DNA of 64,000 bases from Octopus bimaculoides (taxonomy: Eukaryota). The notes beneath the pieces were generated by a model that had not been told where the DNA came from, did no database searches, and saw only the letters and a list, made by a program, of their open reading frames with translations. Within the stretch, counting starts at the first letter, position 1; each line of letters opens with the position of its first letter. The stretch lies in the NCBI RefSeq assembly GCF_001194135.2, contig NC_068988.1, positions 51,050,989-51,114,988 of the forward strand, read 5' to 3'. Positions 51,219-64,000 of this stretch are shown here, in pieces. Made by a program: the position numbers and the translations under genes.

Positions 51219-54200
51219 TATATATATATATATGATATAAAATTTTGTTTACTTTCAGTAACATAAGTGATCTTAATTTTAAGACTTGTTGTTTAACCCT
51301 GAGTTGGCCTTAGTTTAGTAGAGCTGTAATCAAAGACATCTTAGCCATAATTATCTTGTTTGTATTTTTCTAAGTACAATTTATCTATAATCGACCCTGG
51401 ACTACATTATTGAATCTGTATTATTAGGAGTGTCCTGTCAGAATTGCATTGCATTTCCACTTTCCCCACCTTACTTGACCTGGTTAGTCTTCATTACGTC
51501 ACCACCCTCATCACCCATTTCAACCAAGCCCTCCTGCACACTCACTGGTTTTTTTTTTTCTTCTTCATTTCCCCACACAAACTGCTCCACATTGCTCTTG
51601 AACTTAGTCACTTCATCAGTAGTAATTTTGAACCTAAACAACTGTATATTTTCTTCCCCTCTGAAAGAGGACAAATGTCTGAAACAAGGAATTAACATTT
51701 TTAGAGCACAACATTTATTCCACTGTTTTATTATTTACACTGTCCAATGTATTATTTCTTTATAAGATGGCAGGGTGTGATTTTTGAGAAGTATTTGGCT
51801 ACTATTTTTCACAAGACCATATAGAAACCCTTTGACTTGTAATTTCAAGATATGTTCAATATTGTGATGAATTGTTTTTTTTTCTTTTCTTTTATTATTT
51901 AATCATTTCTGTTCATTAATGCAATTTTAGAGGGTTTTTTTGTCATAGCTTTCCTTTTACTGCACTTACCTGAGTTAATCAGGTATGCAATGTTGGAAGT
52001 ATTACCTTACTGCTGTTAGAATTAATCATTGTACCTTGATGTGAGGTCAGTCTTTGTTGATTAGTAAAAGAACTTTCGTTAACCTGTTACGTAGTTTTAA
52101 CATCAATACCAGGCACTTCATTGCTTCAGTGGACCCCATTCAGTTGCAAACATTCAGGCCAAGTCTCTGGTTCAAGAATTCCTTTCTCTTTCCTTCCCTC
52201 TAATCTTGGAAGCCCTGTAAAGAAAGAATCATGGACTTTACCTTTCCTCCTGAGTAAAAAATTAAAAACAAAAAAAGTTTGTTCACCTCATTTTTTTTCT
52301 CCACTTCTATTGTGGTGGTAGTGGTACTAACCTTTGACTTTGCTACTTGAGAATCTGTTCTCTGAAAGTGAAATTGCAAGTCTATCTTGCTACAATGTGA
52401 ACTTAGTTTCCTGAATTTCAAATATTCTGCTATTTTAATACTGGAGGCATCTCAAAGTTTAGCTCTGTTGTCATCATATCATTATTGAGATAGTTGAGAG
52501 CAAGACTGGACATGCAATGTTCTGCAGCTGGCTTATTGTATTCACTTTAAGTCTTTGAAATTGATTTGTCATCTTATGCCATTATTATACAGAACTTCTA
52601 AATTCAACTGAACACATTCTCACTACAAAGTTAGGAACATGTTCTCACACAAAAATAACAGAAACTTTGGTTATTACTTCTTTAAATACTTTTTAAAGCA
52701 ATACTTTGTGCAGTAACTGTCTTTTAGCAAACTTGTGTTCATCCCTAAGATAATGACTCACACTGGTTCAAATAAAAAAGGATTAAACAAAATGGGACAC
52801 AGGGGTGCTGTGTGGTTAAGAAATTTGTTTCACACCATGTGGTTCTGAATTCATTCCCAATGTTTTCTACTATAGCCTTGAGTTAATTAATGCCTTGTGA
52901 GTGAAATTTGGTTATCAGAAACTGTGAGGGAGCCCTCTGTGTATATGTGCTTATGAATGTATGTATGTGTATGTCTTTCACTGAAAGATGTAAACATTAG
53001 CTTGAAAGTTGATAAATCAATGCTTTAGAATAAAATGAAATTGTAATATACATTCCGCTCAAGTTGCGCAGATGCTTAAAATATAACTTCCACATCATAA
53101 ATCTAGTGAATCTGCGATTAACCTAAACAAAAATTGTGACTAAAGATACTATTGTTCATAAAAATGTGATACAGAAAAAAGTAAAAAAAAACAATGTTTA
53201 TATATTTAAATGTTATTTCTTTCTGTCCATTTATATAAGTCAGTATATACTAGACAGTTCAACAAATGTAAATATTTGCATTAAATGTATTTACAATAGA
53301 CTGTTTGTTTTGCCTACTTGCTAGTTTAGTTACTTGAAAATATCCTTTACCCATTTTTGTCTGGAATGAGAGGAGCAAACAGGTTAACTGAAGACACGTT
53401 ACAAAGACAAAGCTTTTAAATGTTGATCTTTGCATTGTATGTCCAACATATTTGAGTTCTCTTCTTTCTTATGGACACTAAAGAACTGTAAACTTCTTAC
53501 CTTATCTGTAATAATGGCTTCTTAAAAAGGTACATGATCACACATTTGGGAGAAGGAGTGTGATTGCAATTGATTATATTGACCCTCAGTTCTTATATAT
53601 TGTTTTATTAACCCTGGAAGGTTGAAACACACAATTAGTTTTGGCAGAATTTAAACTTAGAATATCAAGAAAATATCCTGCAGCTATTTGCTGCAAGGCA
53701 TTTTGCTTGATGCTCTGCCTATCTAGCAGTTGTGAAACTGGCTTCCATCAGGAAGTGAATAGACAATAGTCAACTTTATCTTTACTTCTTCTTCACAGTA
53801 AACACTGTTTCTTCTCTTCACTTGAAATCAATATAATGCAAACAAGTTTCTTATGGAAATTACTTATTGGAAGTTAGCATTTTGATTTACAATGCTATGA
53901 GCTATTAGTTATAATTAAGTTACCTCAACCACCTTACACTTGAATAACCCGTCCACTTCTGTTATTCAATTATTCTTTTGTGTTTTTACTCATTACATTA
54001 CCAGTGTTTTGTTTTCACTTTTGTTTTCCTATAAATACAGATTCTGTTTTGAGGTTTTTTTTTTCATGCCTTTCCTTTAATAGTACAATGTGGCACAAGC
54101 ACTGTATTGTATGACGACAGTAGCCAAAGCAGGAAGATTAATAATGGCCTATGTTAGCTTGAATAAAAGTGGTGGGGGAGAACACTCCTTGAAATGGCAC

Positions 54201-55427
54201 ATGAGTACTGCCGTATATGTAACCTCTTACTCTTTCCCCATTTGTACATGGCAGTGAGGCTTATTGCTGGTTTCAGATGTTTACACCAAAATATCTGATT
54301 GTAGGTATGTTACTATATATGAACACAAACAGATTTGATCTGGTAAGCTTTAGCTAACTCTGCTCTGTAGATATTAATGCCATAACCATCTGGTTACCAT
54401 TTCTGATGGCATATAAGATACACTTTTGCTTTTTCAATGTCTCAAAGTATAGCCATCGGTCTTATATGTGAAGTTGCTTTAAATACTATGATGGTTGGAA
54501 TGGTGATCAGATGTTCATGTTTGGCTTTAAATTACACCTCAGTTATTTTACATTTGTACATCTCAAGTGCACATGTACAGTACTTGATGGAACTTGATAT
54601 GTACATCTATAATATAACTGAGATGCAATTTAAAACCAAACTTGAACATCTGATCACGTTTCCAACTATCATAATCTTGTCATTAATGTTAAGATGCATT
54701 AATGCAGCTCTGAGATTTAGGATTTTAAATATATCACCCCATTTAAATACAAGTAGGGTATTTAAGGTAGGTTTGGCAACTAAATTCAAGCAACATGTTA
54801 AGTAACTATCCAGAAGCTTCTCTGTAAGCTGTGTCAAATGTATATATATATAACTGTGAAGATACAAGGTGTATTTATCATTTATTAATCTCAGAATGAG
54901 CAAATGTTACTTGAGCATGCAGCAGAGTCAGTCACTTTTACACTCCTTACTTTTAGAAATGTTATTCTTCATCATCATCATTAGATTGGTGAAGTAACCA
55001 AAAGAGCATCAAAGAAACACCTCTTAGTCTTTAGTCACCTGACACGATATTCTGAGATCCAAACTCTGCCAAAGGCATTGTTGTCTGTCACTCTTTCAAG
55101 TTGATAAAAGTATCTGATAATTCCAAGTATTAGTATAACATTTTAAGTTAACTACATCTTGCCTTTGAAATTTATAGTCACATACCAAAGTTAGAAACAT
55201 ATATTTAACATTTGTTTAATTATTCCGTCCTGGCACAGAGGTGTATGTATGTATGTATGTATGTATGTATGTACAGATGTACCGGAAAAAATAAACGTTG
55301 GCCGATTTAAAATTGATAACCTCTGTTTTGCGTCGCATCTGTTATCTTGTTCCGGTATTGTTTGGATTTTGCAATTAATGTGTCTATATATATATGTTTG
55401 TATATATATATATGTATATATATATGT

Positions 55428-55472
<45 letters not shown>

Positions 55473-55547
55473 TATGTGTGTGTGTGTGTGTGTGTACACA
55501 CGCACACATGCATATATACATACATATATGGGAGGGAGCATAGCCAC

Positions 55548-55606
<59 letters not shown>

Positions 55607-55779
55607 CAAACCGTTTTGAAATTCATGCTGAAATGCAAGTACTGTATTAACTAAATGTTTACCCTAAACCAGCATGGAAGGGTTACCTAATTAGTTTCGG
55701 TCGGAAATATACGTCGAAAGAATTTTGAAACAGATACACATACATAGCTCCATACATAAGCACCTGTGCACGCATATAA

Positions 55780-55810
<31 letters not shown>

Positions 55811-57928
55811 NNNNNNNNNNTATAATGGTTGGAAAAATAAGGATGCATGAGAATTGAGAGTTGTGTCAGGTTTAAAAAAAGGGTTAAAAGTTTGTGTTAA
55901 GCAGGAAGTGTGTGTAAGGGGAGACAAATGTTTTTAGTTGGAGTTATGAACTCTTTTTCAACAGGAAGTTTATGTCTAGGAACAGACATAAACTTCCATG
56001 GCTTCAGAAGCAAGAAGCAAGTTGATGATGATGTTGACTGGAAAACTTAACACTACAGCCCATCATAACTTTGATACAAGCAATCACTAATATAAACAAA
56101 TGTATATATGTATATAGACACACGCATGCATGATGCATAAATAAACAAATCAATAGATAACTTTTTAAGCTTCCATCTACCACATGCACACACAAGGCTT
56201 TAGTTAGCTCAAGGCTACAAAAGACATTTGCCTTAGGTATTGCACGTTGGGTCTGAACCCTGAACTACTTGGTTTGGAAACAAACTTCTTAACCACATAG
56301 CCATACTATATCATTTATTTAAATATCATTGAGGCCAGTCTTCTGAGAGGGAAAAAAATAATATAAAATGCAACTAGCTAGTAATCTTTCTTAAAATATG
56401 AGATGCAATATTAGTTGCTGATAAATTCTTGAAATAACTCTTACGCAAGCTATATGCTATTAACATGAATAAGTTACATTGCAGGATAAACTTATAAAAA
56501 GTACCATATTGATATGATATTCTTTGAATTTATATTTAACCTTTTCACTGTGAAATTACATTTCAAGGTTATTCCAGTAATGATGTTAAATATCTACCCC
56601 CCCCCAAAAAAAAGAAGAACTGGTATTTTCTGCAAGTCACTTAACTAGCCTCAATAGAAAGTAGTTTCAAACATGACATTCCTCAACAAAAGATAGATTG
56701 AAATTTTGGGTGTTCCAAAAGTAGGTTTACAGTTACCACATAGGCACTTTAAATTCCTTTTAAAACATTTTATTACATTTATATTTCTATCTTTCAATTA
56801 ACAAAATTAGCATAGAATAATGGTTTCATATATTTTTATAATTAAGATCTAAGCTGTTAATATATGAATGCAAAAGGCCACCCTGTATATGATTTTTATA
56901 ATAAAAGGGTGAAATGTGTGCCAGTCAGCTTGGTTTTCAGCTGTCACTTTACAGGTAACATTTTAACAATAGTTATTTTCAAGTAACAATTGTTGTATAG
57001 GTCACTTCAGACAGAGAAAGAATACCCCACTGCTTCTACTTCATAGTTTTATTTTTCTCTTTCCTTTTCGCATTCCTTCTTTGGGATACAGCCAAGAGCA
57101 ATATAATGACAGGCATTCCGACAGGTCGACCAGTTTTTCAGATTGAACAATTATTTCATTTCCATTAATCAGATCTACAGTTTAACAGGTACATGTCACT
57201 GGAGTGGAAGGAAACAAATTCATAGTTCATTGTGTGTGTGTAGAAAAAGCTAAAAAGTGGAATGAATGTTTAAACATCTGATATGAAATTTGTTCTAATA
57301 TTTACATCTACATTATATTTTGATCAACTTGATCCCTCCATCACTGCCTACATGAATATTTCATCAACTTTTCCCCTAATACCAGGCTGGATTGAAATGT
57401 GCATATGTGTGTGTGGTTGCCCTTACATACAGGCTCATCCCTTGCAACCTGCTGAGTGTTCCTAATCTTGCGGGCTCATAGGTGTTGGTGCCATGAAAAA
57501 AGCACCTGTGCCACTGCTGCATAAAAGCACCCAATACACTCTGTAAAGTGGTTGGCATTAGGAAGGGCATCCAGCTGTAGAAACCATGCCAAAAACAGAC
57601 AGGGAGCCTGAACAGGCCTTCAGCTGGTTAGTTCCTGTCATACTGTCCAACCCATGCATCTCTCACATATGAAGTTTACTTACTGCTAGTGTGTACTTTC
57701 TCATCATTTTAACATCCTCTTTTTCATGCTTGCATCGATCAAAGTTTTGTGAGGCAGATTTCCTACAGCTGAATGCCCTTCCAATTGCTAACCCGTACCT
57801 GTTTCACTGCAAGGTAACATTTTCTCATGACCAGTCTTGTTCTCACAGAATATTAGGAATGAAAAACACAGCATGTATGACAGTGACATGCATTTACAAC
57901 TTTTACACAATGTCAAGAAAAATAAACA

Positions 57929-58316
57929 GAGTGGCTGTGTGGTAAGTAGCTTGCTTACGAACCACATGGTTCCGGGTTCAGTCCCACTACGTAGCACCTT
58001 GGGCAAGTGTCTTCTACTATAGCCTCGGGCCGACCAAAGCTTTGTGAGTGGATTTGGTAGACGGAAACTAAAAGAAGTCTGTTGTGTATGTATATGTATA
58101 TATATGTGTGTGTGTTTGTGTGTTTGCCCCCCCCCCACCATCTCTTGACAACCAATGCCAGTGTGTTTACGTCCCCGTAACTTACCAGTTCGGCAAAAAG
58201 AACCAATAGAATAGATACTAAGCTTACAAAGAATAAGTCCTGAGATCAGTTTGCTTCACTAAAGGCCGTGCTCCGGCATGGCCACAGTCAAATGACTGAA
58301 ACAAATAAAAGAATAA
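57929..58316 (+). mobile_element. tRNA-head SINE family A, full-length copy
   Basis: Aligns along its length with 59583-59983. Confidence 0.88.
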
Positions 58317-59582
58317 ATATGCATACACACAACAGATTTCTTTAAGTTCCTGGCTCCAAAATACACTCACAAAGCTTTGGTTGATTCAGAGCTATAATAG
58401 GAGACACTTGCCCAAGGTGTCACACAGTGAGGCTGGACCCATAACCATATGGTTGGGAAACAAACTTCTTAACTACACAACCATACCTGTGAATATGTGT
58501 GTGTGTGGTGTACATACATTCATGCACAAATGCATATACATGAAAAAAGTACTATCTGTCCAATACAACAACAGTGGTGATATTCTTGACACTATGATTC
58601 AAAAACATGAGAATAGAAAAGCACCAGGAAGTGACTTGTTCATCAGATATTGGTTAAAAAGAAATTTCCTTCTACTGAGAGTTGGAGTGAATATTTCATC
58701 AACTTTTACTAGCAACCTCACAATGGAGATACAAATTTAACAAAGCTTGTTGGCACTAGCAGAAACAAAACTGATACTTCACAGCAAAGCTATTCACACA
58801 GTGAAAAAGTAGTGGCTAGAATCTAATGCATTAAATATATAAATACATCCTGTCTGAGCGTATTCCTCCAGGCCCCTGTAACAATGTCCATCACAGCTTT
58901 TTCTCTATTAATGGAAAATTTGAAAAAGAAAGCCAGAACATAATATGCACGTGTGTGTGTCTAGGTATAATGTTACGAAATTCAAGTCAGTCTTTATTTA
59001 TGCAAGTTTCATACTAAGTGTAGTTTGCAAATAAAGCAATATGTTACTGTAAGCAGGGCAGCTTAGTATGTATTGTCTGAAGTCCTTTACATACAAACCA
59101 TTCTCAATGAGAAAATAATACTACTACTTGTTGTTGTAATAAGTTTGAATTTCTCCACTTGAGTACTTTCCTTTGTACTAGTCAAACACAGCTACTGCTG
59201 CTGCTGCTACAACTGATGTGTTCGTACATAGTTATCATCATTAAGGTGGTGGATTTGCCGAGCTTTTAAAGCATCAGACATACTGCCTTGCAGTATATGT
59301 TCCAGCCTTATACAGTCTGATTTCAAATCCTGTTGTGGTTAACTCTTCTGTTCATCTCTCTGAAGTCAATAAGATAAAGTACCTGTCAAACACTAAGGTC
59401 TGTAGTATTGATTAAGCTCCTCCCTTTAAAAATTACTGGCCTTGTGACTGAGATTAGAAACAGTGGAGCTGGCAGAATTGTTAGAACAGTTGAAAAAATG
59501 TCATGTGGTATTTGTCCCAGTTCCTTACATTCTGAGTTCATATCCTCCCTTAGCCAACTTAGGATTGATAGAATAAAGTATA

Positions 59583-59983
59583 GGCGCAGGAGTGGCTGTG
59601 TGGTAAATAGCTTGCTTACCAACCACATGGTTCCGGGTTCAGTCCCACTGCGTGGCACCTTGGGCAAGTGTCTTCTACTATAGCCTCGGGTCGACCAAAG
59701 CCTTGTGAGTGGATTTGGTAGACGGAAACTGAAAGAAGCCCATCGTATATATGTATATATATGTATGTGTGTGTATATGTTTGTGTGTCTGTGTTTGTCC
59801 CCCAACATCGCTTGACAACCGACGCCCGTGTGTTTACGTCCCTGTAACTTAGCGGTTCGGCAAAAGAGAGCGATAGAATAAGTACAAGGCTTACAAAGAA
59901 TAAGTCCTGGGGTCGAGTTGCTCGACTAAAGGCGGTGCTCCAGTATGGCCACAGTCAAATGACTGAAACGAGTAAAAGAGTCA
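59583..59983 (+). mobile_element. tRNA-head SINE family A, full-length copy
   Basis: A-box-like GTGGCTGTGTGGTAA and B-box-like GGGTTCAGTCCC, an internal (TA/TG)n tract, and a 3' end CAGTCAAATGACTGAAAC-A-rich. Partial copies lie near 15030-15450(-), 16826-17000(+), 25595-25930(-), 27835-27995(+), 41905-42060(-), 58330-58490(-) and 63365-63500(+). Confidence 0.88.
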
Positions 59984-60092
59984 AGTATTGGGATTTATAG
60001 TACTGTCTAGTCCCCTCCCCTCAAAATTGCAGGCCTTGTGGTGCCTAAATTAGAAACAGTTATTATCAGAAACGGAAGCTTCTTCAATTGTA

Positions 60093-60919
60093 TGAGAGAG
60101 TATTCAGAAACCGGAATTTTCCAATGTTATTTTATTCACTTAGTTTTACATGTTTACACTTTTATTGTCTTCAAAGTATTCTCCATTTGAAGCAATGCAT
60201 TTGTCCAGGCGCGTTTTCCACTACTTGAAGCAATGCTGGAACTCTTGTGAAGTGATACCTTTTAATGCCTCCATCATTGTTTCCTTCACCTCTTCCACAT
60301 CTACAAATTCCATAGCACCAGCTTGCATCACCAGTGATGACCATTGAAAAAAGGTCTGGATCAACTTCCTACTGTTCTTTCAGCTCATGACACGCATTCA
60401 GTCATGACTGTTTTTGATCTTCCATGAGCAAGAGAGGCACAAATTTTGCTGCAACTCATTACATTTGCAATTTTTCGCTCAAAATACATTGGCAGGAACT
60501 CTAGGACACACCAGTCATATCAACAAGTTTCTCAATTGTTCAGTGACAGTCCTCCAAAATCAGTTCATGAATTTTCGTGATGTCTTCATTCATTTGGCAG
60601 ATTGATGGTCATTGTGAATGAGCAATAAGTGACCATTCCTAAAGCATGAAAACCACTTGCAAACTTGTGTTTTGCTCATGACAGCATCCTTGTAAGCTGT
60701 TTGAAGCATGACAACTGTTTCTGCAACTGTTTTCCCCAAACAAGGGAGAAACACTGCAAAACAAAGATGCACCATGTGGCAGTATGACTTCACCTGACAG
60801 TGCCAGTCAGTAGACTGATACCTGGGGCTTGCATCAAGTGGGTTCTAGCAGTGGAAACCTGAACTACCATGGGTTTGTCCCACAGAGAGCGTTTCTGGTT
60901 ACTTTTGGGTACCCCCTCA
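60093..60919 (-). mobile_element. Internally deleted, decayed mariner transposon
   Basis: TIR-like ends (TA)TGAGGGGGTACCCAAAAGTAACC and (TA)TGAGAGAGTATTCAGAAACCGG. The N-terminal HTH reads LGKTVAETVVMLQTAYKDAVMSKTQVCKWFSCFRNG. An AAKFVP-like motif, VITGD and a C-terminal W..RLDKCIASNGEYFE are also present. Confidence 0.85.
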
Positions 60920-62055
60920 TATCTTTAAGTTTCACATTGCTGGTTATTCATTTGAAGTAGTGTGACTGTAAAAATAATAACATAACCAAACATACCACAT
61001 TGAAATATGATTGATTGTTGAGATTTGACTGATTGATGAAAATCTGCTAAAAAAATGTCACATATTCAATTTTCAAATGTCATCTATAGGAAATGTGAAC
61101 TATTCATCTATTCACATGCAAATACATATGATATTTTCATGTCTTTAGTAAACATACAAAAAACAACAAAGGTATGCATTCTAAATTCATATCAGTTGCA
61201 GCATTCCTTGCTTTCATTGTCTTCTACGATACTGAATCTATGAAAATATCATGTTTTGACATATGAATAGACAGATGTTTGATGCATTTTCTAATGGTTT
61301 TCCAGCAACCAATTGAATTGTGATGATTAATCGTATTTCAATGCATTTACAAATATTTTTACTTATATATTGTCACACTACTTTTGTCTTCCAATCATTT
61401 GAATAATCAACATGAAATTCAATTACAAAAAACTTCAGCTTCTAATAAAATATTTACCCTACTAATAGAATAAACTCTCTCTTTAATACTTCGTAAACAC
61501 ATTCACAATCTATATCTATTTACCTGCCTAACATTTGTGTGTGTGTGTACATGATGGGCTTCAGTAGGAATTCCGTCTCCTGATTTTACTTACAAGACAT
61601 TGAACAGCCTGGAGCTACAGTAGAAAACACTTCCCCATTGTGCCATGTATTGGAATGAATCTGAAAGCATGCAGTTGTAAAGTGAACCTCATATATATAT
61701 GTGTGTGTGTGTACATATATGCGTATATATATGTGTATATATGTGTCATCGTTTAATGTCTGTTTTCCATGCTGGCATGGGTTGGGTTGTTTGACTGAGG
61801 CCTGAAAAGCCAGTTAGTGTACTTACTTGCTTGCCCTGAATATTAATATATATATATATATATATATATATCATCATCATCGTTTAACATCTGCTTTCCA
61901 TGCTAGCATGGGTTGGACGATTTGACTGAGGACTGGTGAACCAGAAGGCTGCACCAGGCTCCAATCTGATCTGGCAGAGTTTCTACAGCTGGATGCCCTT
62001 CCTAATGCCAACCACTCTGAGAGTGTAGTGGGTGCTTTTACGTGCTACCGGCGTG

Positions 62056-62545
62056 TATTTGTATATATGTGTGTATATATATGTGTATATATATATGTGT
62101 GTGTATGTATATATGTNNNNNNNNNNNNNNNNNNNNNNNNNNNNNNNNNNNATATATGTGTATATATATATGTGTGTGTATGTATATATATGTGTATATA
62201 TATATATATGTGTGTGTATGTATATATGTGTGTGTATGTATATATGTGTGTGTATGTATATATGTGTGTATGTATATGTGTGTATGTATATATGTGTGTA
62301 TGTATATATGTGTGTATGTATATATGTGTGTATGTATATATGTGTGTATGTATATATGTGTGTTTGTATATATGTGTGTATGTATATATGTGTGTATGTA
62401 TATATGTGTGTAAGTATATATGTGTATATGTATATATGTGTGTATGTATATATGTGTGTATGTATATATGTATATATGTGTGTGTATGTATATATGTATG
62501 TATATGTGTGTATATATGTATGTGTGTATAATATGCATGATGTAT
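62056..62545. repeat. Compound (TA/TG) microsatellite/minisatellite
   Basis: Repeated GTGTATGTATATATGT-type units, interrupted by an N gap. Comparable tracts lie at about 6365-6560, 8760-9350, 16495-16815, 23855-24100, 36190-36500 and 55240-55605. Confidence 0.95.
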
Positions 62546-63326
62546 GTGTGTAGCTGTATATCTTTTATGAATATACAAAATGTGAAGAACAGGGAAATGA
62601 AAAGCCAAAAACAACTTCTGAGAATGCTTCCAAACAGTAATACATTACACAATATTTATTTTGCCCAAGTTGCACAGATACTCTCTTGCTATTATTGTGT
62701 CAGAAATTCAAGAGATTAATAATTGGAAGTCGATTGTCAACAACTCTATTCTTACACCAAATGTGATGAAAAATAATTTTTTTTATTAAAACACAAGCTC
62801 TTCTTTGAATAAAATTTGCTAGTCAGAATACGTCAGAGGTGAGAGAGACTGTTTCTGCTCTAATTAGTAAAATTTCAGTTTCTGATCTCAGTTTTTGTAT
62901 ATTGTTACATATTATATGACGTCAGCAATCATGGAAAGATTCCTGTTATTCTTTCTTTCTGTCTTTACATTTGAGCTGAAAGTAATCTAGTTTCTAACTC
63001 GGGTAAGCTATTAATGTAGTGTTTAGTTTACCTGGCTTAGGTGAAAGAAGGAAGACAGTATGACTGCATTGTTGAAGTTTAGTTTGAGTATTTTGTTAAA
63101 CAGCAAAAGCATTTTCTTACACAACCAGAACTGAAGAAATAGGAAAAGTAGATTTTGCATGCACTCACTCATGCATGCGCGCGCGCACACACACAAACAC
63201 ACAGTGTGTGTAAAAACATTTAAAGACAGATTGAATACTGATTACATGTATTGATAGTTTGTTGCTAGTTCCTTCTGATTCACTTTCAAATATCGTTTGT
63301 ATCTGTATCATTTTAGTTTTAAGACG

Positions 63327-63359
<33 letters not shown>

Positions 63360-64000
63360 ATAGATAACTGGTTAAGAAGTTTACTTCTCAAATCCAGAGG
63401 TGTTAAGGCAGATCCCACTCTGCAGTGCTCTGGGTAAGTGTCTTCTACCATGGTTATAAGTTGAGCAAAGCCTTGTGAATGAACTGGGGTAGACAGAAAC
63501 TGGTGTGATGGCCTATCCGTCAGATGGTAGGCAACTGTAATTCAAAGGGTTGCAATAATGACAATAAAGGGAGGGAGAGAGTAATAACAGCTACATGTTT
63601 GCTGGTAGGAGAGAGATCAAGTGATAGTCATATAAATAGTCGATAGTAAAAGAGGGTGATGGATGACCTGGAGGAAAGAGAATGAGGATTTGCAATACAG
63701 GCAAGTAATGTTAGATGGTAAGACAGGGTAAGCGTTGCTTAGTCATGGAGTTAAGGTGATGGTAGGAGTGAGTGTCCAAGAGTGATGAATGTTAGTAATG
63801 AATGACCTGGGAGACAGAGAGAGAGAGAGAGAGTAATAGTGTGAGAGAGTGGTGTATCTGATATCAATTGCTCTAATACAGTACCTCATTACCAAGAGAG
63901 AAAGAGAGGTAGAGTATTACAGATGGTGGACTTTGGAGTTGAATATGGAGAGATCCAAATCCAGCAGGATTTCTACAGGTAGATCAACATCATCGTTTAA

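Noticed and set aside
50659-64000. Search for EFCAB14 exon 3
   Set aside because: The acceptor candidates I examined (for example near 52495 and 54083) gave early stops or no resemblance to the expected coiled-coil segment. Exon 3 probably lies beyond the window, though my scan was not exhaustive.

Overview
Eukaryotic, AT-rich, microsatellite-dense genomic DNA with ten N gaps. The SINE, RTE-LINE and (TA/CA) microsatellite complement looks like an octopus or other coleoid cephalopod (inference; no database search was possible). One host gene can be recognised on the + strand, an EFCAB14 (KIAA0494)-like type II membrane protein. Coding exon 1 is at 9800-9966 and exon 2 at 50510-50658, separated by a 40,543-nt GT-AG intron; later exons were not found in the window. 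A second, unexplained transmembrane-encoding exon with the same splice phases lies upstream at 554-708. Most of the rest is transposon debris: two deleted mariners, a mariner-type MITE, a decayed Gypsy element, many RTE LINE fragments, a Tx1/L1-like fragment and several tRNA-head SINE families. Nearly all long ORFs in the supplied track are microsatellite or N-gap artefacts. The most notable signal is four separate head-to-head inverted pairs of type I hammerhead ribozyme motifs inside the EFCAB14-like introns (about 10.95, 28.7-30.2, 40.1-40.6 and 51.1 kb), belonging to three sequence families. One pair sits on a Penelope-like GIY-YIG endonuclease reading frame that is stop-free for 254 codons and carries a 116-residue Asn/Ser-rich insertion between its GIY and YIG motifs. 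Two other pairs are reduced to about 55-70-nt arms. Hammerheads in Penelope-like elements are already known; the minimal palindromic dyads and the split endonuclease are the parts that may be undescribed.
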